64,000 nucleotides of DNA from an uncultured Acidimicrobiia bacterium (GTDB lineage Bacteria; Actinomycetota; Acidimicrobiia; IMCC26256; JAENVU01): NCBI GenBank assembly GCA_963847815.1, contig CAWKBF010000001.1, forward strand, positions 20,773 to 84,772, in the 5' to 3' direction. Of the stretch, positions 50,626 to 59,542 are shown piece by piece. The position numbers were made by a program, and so were the translations under genes. The number at the start of each line of letters is the position of its first letter. Positions within the stretch are counted from its first letter, which is position 1. The notes beneath the pieces are model-generated. The model saw nothing but the letters and a program-made list of their open reading frames with translations, was not told the DNA's origin and made no database searches.

Positions 50626-52083
50626 ATGTGGTTGAAGTTCGAGTCAGGCGACCGGCGCGGCGACACCGTCGAGATCACGAACCGGCAGTTCCTCGTCGGC
50701 CGTGACCAGGACTGCGACCTGCCCATCGACGACGAGCGGGCGTCCCGGCAGCACGCCCGGTTCGAGACCCTCGACACCGGCGGGATGGTCCTCCGTGACC
50801 TCGGTGCCACCAACGGCACCTACGTCAACGGCACGAAGATCAGCGAGCCCGTCGTCCTCGAGGGCGGCGAGACGGTGCGGATCGGTCGCACCGAGCTCGC
50901 GGTCTCCCGCAACGCTCCGATCGCGCTGACCGCCTTCGACCCGGGCACCAAGGTTGCGGCTGCCGCGGCGGCCGCGGATGCCGGAGCGGACGCACCGCCC
51001 CCGGTTGCGACCACGCCGACCCCCTCCGCGATCGAGCGGTCGGACCTCCGCCGTTCGGTGAAGCGCTCGTCCGTCATCGCCGCCGTCTCCGGCGGCGTCG
51101 CCCTCGTGCTGGTGATCGTCCTCGTCGTCGTTGCGGTGACCGGCGGCTTCTCGAGCGGCTCGGACGACTCGACCGCCGCGATCGTCAAGGACGTGAAGTC
51201 TTCGGTGGTGGACGTCGTGACGAGCGTCGACAAGCAGGACCTCTCGGGCGGCACCGGCTGGGTGGCCGACGCGGAGAAGGGCTACATCGTCACGAACAAC
51301 CACGTCGTGAACACCGGGACTGACTTCACCGTCGTCGTCGACGGGCAGCGCCGGCCGGCACAGCTGGTCGCCGCCGCACCGTGTGACGACCTCGCGGTGC
51401 TCCAGGTGGCCGACACCCAAGGGCTCGAGACGATCGAGCTCGGCTCGCAGAGTGACCTCGAGCAGGGTGAGAAGGTCGTGGCGCTCGGTTACCCGGGCAA
51501 CGCGTCGCGTGCTTCGGAGCTCCAGACGACCGAAGGCATCGTGTCGGCGACCAGCACCCGGGTCGACAACCCGGTCGACGAGGCGCCGGTGTACCGAAAC
51601 GTCGTGCAGACCGATGCGGCCGTCAACCCGGGCAACTCCGGTGGACCGCTCGTCAATGGTGATCGCAAGCTCGTCGGTGTCAACACCTACGGCGGCGGCA
51701 ACGAGAACCAGAACTACGCGATCGGCGTGGACCGGGTGAAGGAGCTTCTCCCCGATCTCCTCGCGGGCAAGTCACCGAGCTGGTCCGGTCTCGGGTTCGT
51801 GTTCTCGTCCAGTGGCAACGACGAGCAGGCGAAGCGGCGCAAGGTGGGACTGCCCACCTCGGTTCCGGGGATGCTCGTCGTCAACGGTGTGCCGGGCTCA
51901 GATGCGTTCAGCACGATCGAAGGACCGGCACTGCTGGTCGCGATCGACAACGTGCCGGTCGACGGATCCATGGAGTCGTACTGCAAGGCCGCCCAGGGCT
52001 ACTCGACCGACGACAACGCCACGTTCACGTTCTTCGCCCCGAAGCAGACTCGGGCCGTCGACGTGAAGATGGCCTTCAACTAG
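50626..52083 (+). CDS. FHA domain - TM helix - extracytoplasmic trypsin/HtrA-like serine protease with a PDZ-like tail
   Basis: This is ORF 50491..52083 with the start at ATG 50626 (AGGAGG RBS). The FHA region reads FLVGRDQDCDLPIDDERASRQHARF...NGTYVNG. The TM helix is VIAAVSGGVALVLVIVLVVVAV. The protease has the motifs TNNHVV, DLAVLQV and GNSGGPLV. Confidence 0.85.
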   Translation: MWLKFESGDRRGDTVEITNRQFLVGRDQDCDLPIDDERASRQHARFETLDTGGMVLRDLGATNGTYVNGTKISEPVVLEGGETVRIGRTELAVSRNAPIALTAFDPGTKVAAAAAAADAGADAPPPVATTPTPSAIERSDLRRSVKRSSVIAAVSGGVALVLVIVLVVVAVTGGFSSGSDDSTAAIVKDVKSSVVDVVTSVDKQDLSGGTGWVADAEKGYIVTNNHVVNTGTDFTVVVDGQRRPAQLVAAAPCDDLAVLQVADTQGLETIELGSQSDLEQGEKVVALGYPGNASRASELQTTEGIVSATSTRVDNPVDEAPVYRNVVQTDAAVNPGNSGGPLVNGDRKLVGVNTYGGGNENQNYAIGVDRVKELLPDLLAGKSPSWSGLGFVFSSSGNDEQAKRRKVGLPTSVPGMLVVNGVPGSDAFSTIEGPALLVAIDNVPVDGSMESYCKAAQGYSTDDNATFTFFAPKQTRAVDVKMAFN

Positions 52084-52116
52084 CCGCCTCGACCTACGGA
52101 CTGGGAGGCGAACGCA

Positions 52117-54135
52117 ATGACAGGCATGTGGACACTGGGAATCGACTTCGGCACCAGCTTCACCGTGGTGGCCGTGTACGTCGACGGTCGACCGGAGCCG
52201 ATCGAGATCGACGGCCAACGCCGCACACCATCGGTGGTGCTGGTCGACGAGGACGGCGGGATCCGCGTCGGCAGCGCGGCTGAGGGGCTTGCCGCCACTC
52301 GGCCCGGCCGCACCCTTCGGGAGCCGAAGCGGCGCCTGGGTGAGCCGGCGCCGGTGCTGCTGGGTGGCACCGCGCACTCGGTGGTCGACCTGGTGGGCGA
52401 GCTGCTCCGCTACGTGTACGACGCTGCGGTCCGCTACCAGGGCTCGGAGCCGGCGGAGGTGCGCCTGACGCACCCTGCGTCGTGGGGCCGTCCGCGCCTG
52501 GCCGAGCTTCGCCGGGCGGCGGCGATCGCCGGGATGCGCGAGGTGACGCTCGTCCCCGAGCCGGTCGCGGCCGCGGTGGCGTACGCCTCCGAATCCGATG
52601 CCGGTGACGACGGGTTCGTCGCGGTCTACGACCTCGGCGGCGGAACGTTCGACACCGCGGTGCTGCGTCACGCCGAAGGCGGATTCGTGATCCAGGGTCG
52701 CCCGGGTGGCGACCAGCACCTCGGTGGTGAGCTGTTCGACGAGCTGCTCGCGCAGCACGTCGCGACGCAGCTGCCGGAAGACGCGCAGCAGGCGTTGATC
52801 GCGTCGGACGATCTGATCTGGCGTCAGGCGGCGGCCGGTCTGCGGACCTCGGCGCGCACCGCCAAGGAGCAGCTCTCGACCCAGGACTACGCCGAGCTGA
52901 TCGTGGCGCTGCCCACCGGCATGGTGCCGATCCGCGTCGAGCGCGCCGAGCTCGAGGCGTTGATCGAGCCGCACATCGCGGAGACGATCGACGTCTTGGC
53001 GCGCACTGCGTCGGATGCCGACGTCGCCACCGAGGACCTCGGAGCCATCTACCTCACCGGAGGTGCGAGCCGCACGCCGTTGGTAGAAGCGCGCATCCGC
53101 GACGCGTTCCCGGGTGTGGACGTGCTGCGGCGCGCCGACCCGAAGCTCGCGGTTGCGATCGGCGCGACGCTGCCCGCCGCCGCTCGCGCGCTCGACGTCA
53201 CGAGCCCGATCGCCGTCATCGACGAGCCCACGCACGTAAGGCGCACGATCGTGAGCACGCAGGAGACCCCGATCGTCGCGGAACCGGTCTCCGATCTGGG
53301 TGCGGAGCAAGTGACGTCCGACTCGCTGGACGAGGTCGCACCCATCGCCCTGGTGCCGACCGAGCCGGTCGAGACCGGTGCGACCCGGATCGATGCTGCT
53401 CCTGAGCCGGTCGGGCCGAACGGCGCGACCGTGATTGGCAGCAGCCTCGCAGCCGGTGCGGTGTCGGCGGCAGCGACGTCCACCGACGCGGACGGCGCCG
53501 GACCCCCGGCGGCCGGACCGATCGATGGTGGGGGAGACGACGACGGGCAGCGATCGCGCAAGATGCTCCTGCTCATCGGTGCCGCCGCCGCGGTGTTGCT
53601 CCTCCTGGTGGGGATCACGGTCGCGGTTGCGCAGTCGGGCGGTGGCGACGACAGCGCGACGAAGGTCGAGACCGCCGCGTTGAAGCGCCGACCGCGCACC
53701 GCCACGACGACGACCACGACCACGACGCTGCCGCCGACGACCACCACGGTGCCGGTCGTCGCACCACCCGCGACGCCGACCACCACGGTCCCGCGCAAGT
53801 CGGCCACGCCCCGTCCGACGACCCCGCCCGCGACCTCGCCGCCGGCCACGTCGCCCCCGGCGACGTCACCGCCACCGCCGCCGCCGGCTGCGCCGACGGT
53901 GTCGATCAGTGGGCCGAGCGTGTGCGCGCTGCGGACCGATTGCTACTGGCAGGCGCACGTCAGCAACGCGACGAGCGGCAGCTGGGCGTCGAACTGTGGC
54001 GGGTCGACGGCCTCGTGGCCGGCGTCGGGTTACTACCGCCTCAACGCCTACTCGGCCGGCAGCTGCCTGATCACCCTCACGGTCAACGGTCCCGGTGGCT
54101 CGCGCACCGCGACCCAGAACGTGCAGTTCGTCTGA
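52117..54135 (+). CDS. Hsp70/actin-fold ATPase-like protein with a C-terminal TM helix, a Pro/Thr linker and a small 4-Cys outside domain
   Basis: This is ORF 52117..54135 with a GGGAGG RBS 8 nt upstream. The motifs are GIDFGTSFT, DLGGGTFD and LTGGASRTP. The TM helix is MLLLIGAAAAVLLLLVGITVAV, followed by the linker and a C-terminal CALRTDC...NCGG...SC segment. Confidence 0.85.
   Translation: MTGMWTLGIDFGTSFTVVAVYVDGRPEPIEIDGQRRTPSVVLVDEDGGIRVGSAAEGLAATRPGRTLREPKRRLGEPAPVLLGGTAHSVVDLVGELLRYVYDAAVRYQGSEPAEVRLTHPASWGRPRLAELRRAAAIAGMREVTLVPEPVAAAVAYASESDAGDDGFVAVYDLGGGTFDTAVLRHAEGGFVIQGRPGGDQHLGGELFDELLAQHVATQLPEDAQQALIASDDLIWRQAAAGLRTSARTAKEQLSTQDYAELIVALPTGMVPIRVERAELEALIEPHIAETIDVLARTASDADVATEDLGAIYLTGGASRTPLVEARIRDAFPGVDVLRRADPKLAVAIGATLPAAARALDVTSPIAVIDEPTHVRRTIVSTQETPIVAEPVSDLGAEQVTSDSLDEVAPIALVPTEPVETGATRIDAAPEPVGPNGATVIGSSLAAGAVSAAATSTDADGAGPPAAGPIDGGGDDDGQRSRKMLLLIGAAAAVLLLLVGITVAVAQSGGGDDSATKVETAALKRRPRTATTTTTTTTLPPTTTTVPVVAPPATPTTTVPRKSATPRPTTPPATSPPATSPPATSPPPPPPAAPTVSISGPSVCALRTDCYWQAHVSNATSGSWASNCGGSTASWPASGYYRLNAYSAGSCLITLTVNGPGGSRTATQNVQFV
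53698..53895 (+). repeat. In-frame Thr/Pro low-complexity and short tandem repeat region
   Basis: It translates to TATTTTTTTTLPPTTTTVPVVAPPATPTTTVP...TTPPATSPPATSPPATSPPPPPPAAP. Three consecutive 15-nt PPATS units lie at about 53824-53868. Confidence 0.7.
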
Positions 54136-54151
54136 GTCGCTCGGCTCCAGC

Positions 54152-54688
54152 TCAGGCGGACTGCTGCTCGATCTTCGTGAGGAGCTTGCGAAGCGAGGTG
54201 ACGTTGCGGCTCGTGCTCGCGAGCTTGCCGACGACGTTCCACTGGGTCTTGCCGACAGTGGTGTCGGTCGACTTCCCGTGCATCCGCCAATGGACGTCGC
54301 GACCGCGCACGGCCAGCGTGTCGAAGTCGTTGGAATACCCCTCGAGGGTCGTGGCCGTTGCCGCGCTCGGCGTCGACTTCAGGAACGTCACGAAGTAGGT
54401 GTCCCCGTCCGTGACCTTGAACGGCTTCGCGTCGAGGACCTTCGCGAGCTCGGACGCGGTGCGAACGAACGTTGTCACCTCGAACCCGTACTCGCCTTCG
54501 AGGGCGTTCTCGATCGCTCGCTCGAGGTCGGTGCGTGATCCAGTCGCGTCGAAGATGATGTTGCCGCTGTTGATGTACGTCGACACGTCGGTGTAACCGA
54601 GCTCCTCGAAGAGCTCGACCAGCCGCGCCATCTTGACCGTGCGCTTGCCGACGTTCACGGCGCGGAGGAATGCGACGCGCGTGGTCAA
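54152..54688 (-). CDS. DUF1697-domain protein
   Basis: This is the C-terminal 178 codons of ORF 54152..55282. A TTG start at 54688 overlaps the lipase stop (TTGA). The sequence TTRVAFLRAVNVGKRTVKMARLVELFEELGY is typical of DUF1697. Confidence 0.75.
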   Translation of the reverse strand: MTTRVAFLRAVNVGKRTVKMARLVELFEELGYTDVSTYINSGNIIFDATGSRTDLERAIENALEGEYGFEVTTFVRTASELAKVLDAKPFKVTDGDTYFVTFLKSTPSAATATTLEGYSNDFDTLAVRGRDVHWRMHGKSTDTTVGKTQWNVVGKLASTSRNVTSLRKLLTKIEQQSA

Positions 54689-55835
54689 CCGGCGCAGGAG
54701 GTCGGCGGTGGAGAGCCGGCCATGCGGTCGTTGAGCCAGGTCGAGACCTGCGACGCCGCGAGCGACAGCGCCGTGTCGTGTGTCCCGCCAGGGATCGAGA
54801 TTCGCTGGACCGGCTGGTGCAGCGCGCACTCGTCGCTCAAGAGCTTCTCGGTGCGCGGGGGAACCACGGTCGTGTCCGCGGTGCCCTGCACCAGCAGGAT
54901 CGGGGCCGAGCTCCGGAAGCGACCCGGGTTGTTCTCGATGGCGACCGAGCGTGCCGGTTCGGTCGTGCGCGGGTCGGCCTTGAAGAGCTGGTCGCGCGGG
55001 ATCCCGGCGAACGCCGCGGCAGCGTCGTTGAGGCAACCCGTGTCGAGCACGCCGGCCTTCGAAGCAGTCAGCGGCGTCACGTAGTCGTCCGGGTGGACCT
55101 GTGGATGGTCGACGGCGCCACCGTAGAGTGCGAGCAGGGTGATGATGTCGACGACGAGGGGCGAGTCTCCCGGGTAGGTGTCGAGGAGCCCCGATCCCGG
55201 CGCCGCGGCGACGATCCCCTCGAGCTTCAGCTCCGGCGCGTACGACCCGCGAGCTCACCCGCGAACAGGGACGCGTGCCCACCTTGCGAGACGCCGACGG
55301 TCACCCACCGGCGACCGGCGTGCACACCCTTGATCCAGCGCGCCGCGCGCACGATGTCGATGATGCTGTGGCCCTCGGACTTGCCGGAGAGGTACGCGTG
55401 GCGTTGTCCGTTCGGGCCGAGGCCGACGTAGTCGCTCGCGACCACGACACCCTTGATGCCGAAGCCATTGCGCGCCGCTCCGTTGCGACTCGGTGCACAT
55501 GTCGAGCTCAAGCCGGTGGTCCCGTGGCCCCATGACACGACCGGCCAGCCGCCCGGCGGTGCCGCCTCGAGTGGGTAGTAGATGGTCCCGGTGACGGCGA
55601 CGTCGCGGTTCTGCGCGTCGCGGGAGTGGTACATCACGCGGTACGCACCGGCGTTGAAGCTCGCGGGCAGGTCGATCGGGTTGGCCCAGATGACCGTGCC
55701 CGGAAGCCCGGGCCGCAGCCTGGCCGGCGCGTCGTAGAAGTCGCCGGGGGATCGGGGCGGCGTGCAGGCCGCGAACAATCCCAGGCAGACAAGGGCAACG
55801 AGCCCCGCACTCCACACTCGCCGTTGACGCTTCAC
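54685..55835 (-). pseudogene. Secretory-lipase-family lipoprotein with one frame change
   Basis: It starts at GTG 55835 with [24 protein letters not shown] (lipobox) and has the nucleophile elbow GVSQGG in ORF 55227..56111. After FAGELAG the protein continues as SYAPELKLEGIVAAAPGSG...VTPLTASK in the frame of ORF 54685..55080. One base appears to be missing at CCC 55246-55248. Confidence 0.8.
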
Positions 55836-55906
55836 GGTGGTCCCCCCGAACCTCGAGCTTGGGCGGAGGTTAGTGGCGCGCTCACGGCGTCCGTCAAGAA
55901 CGATCG

Positions 55907-55943
55907 ATAGCCCCGGGCTATGGCCACGATTGAGCGAAACGAT
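55907..55943. promoter_or_regulatory. OxyR-type operator in the lipase / ahpC divergent region
   Basis: The sequence ATAGccccgggCTATggccacgATTGagcgaaaCGAT has four tetranucleotide elements at exact 11-bp phasing, matching the ATAG-N7-CTAT-N7-ATAG-N7-CTAT consensus. It lies just upstream of a TACAAT -10 candidate (55977-55982) and ahpC ATG 56017. Confidence 0.6.
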
Positions 55944-56016
55944 TGATCCAGTCGATGGATCTGCGTACAGACGATTTACAATGTCTATCAACCCAGTCCC
56001 CCCGTGGAGGTTCCAG

Positions 56017-56580
56017 ATGTCCCTGATCGGTACCGAAGTCCAGCCTTTCTCCGCCACCGCGTACCAGAACGGCAACTTCATCGAGGTGAGCGATGCGGAC
56101 CTCAAGGGCAAGTGGTCGGTCCTCGTCTTCTACCCGGCCGACTTCACCTTCGTCTGCCCGACCGAGCTCGGCGACCTCGCCGACAACTACGCCGAGTTCC
56201 AGCGCCTCGGCGTCGAGGTCTACGGCGTCTCGACCGACACGCACTTCACGCACAAGGCGTGGCACGACACCTCGGACACGATCGGCAAGATCGAGTACCC
56301 GCTCATCGGCGACCCGACCCTCAACCTCAGCCGCGCGTTCGACGTCCTCATCGAGGCCGACGGCATGGCTGACCGGGGCACGTTCGTGATCGACCCCGAC
56401 GGCAAGATCCAGCTGGTCGAGATCAACGCCGGCGGCATCGGCCGCAACGCGGTGGAGCTCCTCCGCAAGGTGAAGGCCGCCCAGTACGTCGCGGCGCACC
56501 CGAACGAGGTCTGCCCGGCCAAGTGGGAAGAGGGCGACACGACGCTCGCGCCGTCGCTCGACCTCGTCGGCAAGATCTAG
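56017..56580 (+). CDS. ahpC: Alkyl hydroperoxide reductase subunit C (2-Cys peroxiredoxin)
   Basis: This is ORF 55837..56580 with the start at ATG 56017 (GGAGG RBS). It has the peroxidatic Cys in FTFVCPTE and the resolving Cys in EVCPAKW. The frame is uninterrupted. Confidence 0.95.
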
Positions 56581-56601
56581 TCCCGCGCAACGAGACGGCC
56601 C

Positions 56602-56626
56602 GCGGGGCCGGATGCTCCGGCCCCGC
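56602..56626 (+). terminator. Perfect 10-bp hairpin between ahpC and ahpF (possible attenuator or partial terminator)
   Basis: The sequence is GCGGGGCCGG-ATGCT-CCGGCCCCGC, starting 22 nt after the ahpC stop. No T-tract follows it. Confidence 0.45.
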
Positions 56627-56690
56627 ACCCGTCAGGTCTGCGCTTCGCGCGCTCTCGCACTCCTCGCACCAACCTCAATCGGAGGCTTCC

Positions 56691-58323
56691 ATGGCACTCG
56701 ACGCAGCACTCGTCACCCAGCTGAAGTCCCACTTCGAGAAGATCTCCCGCCCGATCGAGATCGTCGATGTCGCTCGACGACAGCGCCAAGTCCGACCGAG
56801 CTGTCGGAGCTCCTCACCGAGATCGCCGCGCTCTCCGAGCACATCACGCTCGGGCGCCGCGACACCGACGAGCGGCGCCCGTCGTTCGTCATCAACCGCA
56901 TCGGCACCGACGTCGAGGTGCGCTTCGCCGGCATCCCGAGCGGCCACGAGTTCACGTCGCTCGTGCTCGCGCTGCTCCAGGTCGGCGGCCACCCGTCCAC
57001 CGCCGACGCCGAGGTCATCGAGCAGATCGAGAACCTCGAGGGCGAGTACGCGTTCGAGACCTACCTCTCGCTCGAATGCCAGAACTGCCCCGAGGTCGTC
57101 CAGGCCCTCAACGTGATGAGCGTGCTCAACGCGAACATCACCCACATCGCGATCGACGGCGCCCTGTTCCAGGACGAGGTCGAGGCGCGCCAGGTGATGG
57201 CCGTCCCCACCGTCTTCCTCAACGGCGAGCTGTTCGACCAGGGCCGCATGAGCCTCGAGGAGATCGTCGCCAAGCTCGACACCGGAACCGCGGAGCGCGT
57301 CGCGCGCCAGATCGACGACAAGGAGGCGTTCGACGTGCTCGTCGTCGGTGGTGGCCCGGCGGGCGCGACGTCGGCGATCTACGCGGCGCGCAAGGGCATC
57401 CGCACCGGCATCGTCGCCGAGCGCTTCGGCGGCCAGGTGCTCGACACGATGGGCATCGAGAACTTCGTCTCCGTGCCGTACACCGAGGGTCCGAAGCTCG
57501 CGGTCGCGCTCGAGCAGCACGTCCGTGAGTACGACGTCGACCTGATGAACCTGCAGCGCGCCGTCGAAGCTGGTCCCCGCGACCGAGCCCGGCGGCCTGG
57601 TCGGCGTCGAGCTCGAGAGCGGCGCCGTCGTGCGGTCGCGCGCGGTCGTGCTGTCGACCGGCGCGCGGTGGCGGCACATGGGCGTGCCGGGTGAGGACGA
57701 GTACCGCAACAAGGGCGTGACCTACTGCCCGCACTGCGACGGTCCGCTCTTCAAGGGCAAGCGCGTCGCGGTGATCGGTGGCGGCAACTCCGGCATCGAG
57801 GCCGCGATCGACCTCGCCGGTGTCGTCGCGCACGTCACGCGTCATCGAGTTCGACGACGCGCTGCGGGCCGACGAGGTGCTGCAGCGCAAGCTGCGGAGC
57901 CTCCCGAACACGACCACGATCCTCGGCGCGCTGACGACCGAGGTGCAGGGCGACGGCGAGAAGGTCACCGGTCTGGTCTACGAGGACCGCGCCAGCAAGG
58001 AGAAGCACACCGTCGAGCTCGACGGCGTCTTCGTCCAGATCGGTCTGCTGCCGAACACCGAGTGGCTGGAAGGTGCCGTCGAGCGCTCGCCGCGCGGCGA
58101 GATCGTCATCGACGACCGGGGCCAGACCTCGGTGCCCGGCGTGTTCGCGGCCGGCGACTGCACCACGACGCCGTTCAAGCAGATCATCATCGCCATGGGC
58201 CAGGGATCGACCGCCGCGCTGAGCGCCTTCGACCACCTGATCCGGACGTCCGCGCCGAGGAGCCGCGACAGGCGCGGAGCCCGAACCTGCCCTCGCCTGA
58301 GCGGATCTAGCCTGACGCCATGA
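56691..58323 (+). pseudogene. ahpF: Alkyl hydroperoxide reductase subunit F, interrupted by four +1 frame changes
   Basis: The protein is stitched from four ORFs:
- [25 protein letters not shown] / MSLDDSAKS / [12 protein letters not shown]...CQNCPEVVQ...[19 protein letters not shown] from ORF 56612..57694.
- VPATEPGG...[25 protein letters not shown] from ORF 57630..58310.
- [10 protein letters not shown]...[18 protein letters not shown] from ORF 57778..58323.

The shifts are near 56766, 56797, 57569 and 57840. The true stop is uncertain (58310 or 58323). Confidence 0.85.
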
Positions 58324-59237
58324 ACCTGCGGGATCTCGGCTACCTCGTCGCGGTGGCCGAGGAGCGGCACTTCGGCCGGGCCGCCGAGGTGTGCTTCGTG
58401 AGCCAGCCGACGCTGTCGACGCAGATCAAGAAGCTCGAGCAGGAGCTCGGCGTCGAGCTCATCGAGCGGAACCCGGGCCAGGTGATGCTCACCGACGCGG
58501 GGGAGCGGGTGGTCGAGCGGGCCCGGATCATCCTCGGCGAGACCGAGAACATCCGCAGCATCGCCCGCCAGGCCCAGGACCCGGAGTCGGGCAGCGTGCG
58601 GCTCGGGCTGTTCCCGACGATCGCGCCGTACCTCCTGCCGCACGTCGTGCCGCAGCTGCACCACCGGTTCCCGAACCTCGAGCTCCTGCTCGTCGAGGAG
58701 AAGACCGAGGTCGTGCTCGAGCGCCTGCGCGACGGTGCAGCTCGACGCGGTGGTCATCGCGCTGCCGGTGCCCGAGGCGCACCTGCACGAGGAGTTCCTG
58801 TTCGACGAGGACTTCGTGCTCGCGGTCCCGTCCGATCACCCGCTCGCCGCGCTGCCCGGAGCCGGTCGACATCTCGGTGCTCGCCAACGAGAACGTGCTG
58901 CTGCTCGAGGAGGGCCACTGCCTCCGCGACCAGGCGCTCGCGGTCTGCCAGCTCGCCGGCGCGTCGGAGCGCAGCGGGTTCCGCGCGACGAGCCTGGAGA
59001 CGCTGCGCCAGATGGTGGCGGCGGGAGTCGGCGTCACGCTGCTGCCGCAGCTCGCGGTGCAGGCGCCGGTGCCGCGTCTCGGACGACATCACGCTGATGC
59101 GCTTCGCCGATCCGGCGCCGACGCGCCGGATCGCGATGCTCTGGCGCGAGACCAGCGTCTACCGCGAGTTCCTGCCGAAGCTCGCCGAGGTGATCCGGTC
59201 GATCGCGCCCGAGCTGGTGCACCACGTGCACGCCTGA
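58320..59237 (+). pseudogene. oxyR: LysR-family peroxide sensor OxyR, interrupted by three +1 frame changes that sum to zero, so the outer frame stays open
   Basis: The N-terminal HTH ([40 protein letters not shown]) and the C-terminal end (ITLMRFADPAPTRRIAMLWRE) are in the frame of ORF 58320..59237. The middle is in two other frames: QLDAVVIALPVPE... in one, and PVDISVLANENVLLLEEGHCLRDQALAVCQLAG (both redox Cys positions) in another. The shifts are near 58737, 58858 and 59076. Confidence 0.85.
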
Positions 59238-59542
59238 GCGCCCGCGCCGTGCGGGACGCGTGTGTCACATAGGTGTGTCGGGTAGTCGACACTCGGCGTG
59301 ACGGTGCGTGGCCGCGGAAATTTCAACCGTTCGCATTCTGAGTCGCCGAACGTTGGCGCGACGGATATCCGGCGGGCGGATTGGGTAGGCATGCTTCAAG
59401 TTCGCGGCGCATCGATGCCGATGACTGGTTCGGCCGTTTTGACGCGGATGTGAAGCGCGGTCGTTGCGCTCGGGCCTCGTGCCCCATCCCCTGGCGGCTT
59501 CCACTGCACCGCTGATCCCCATCCCCGGCCAAGGACGACCGC

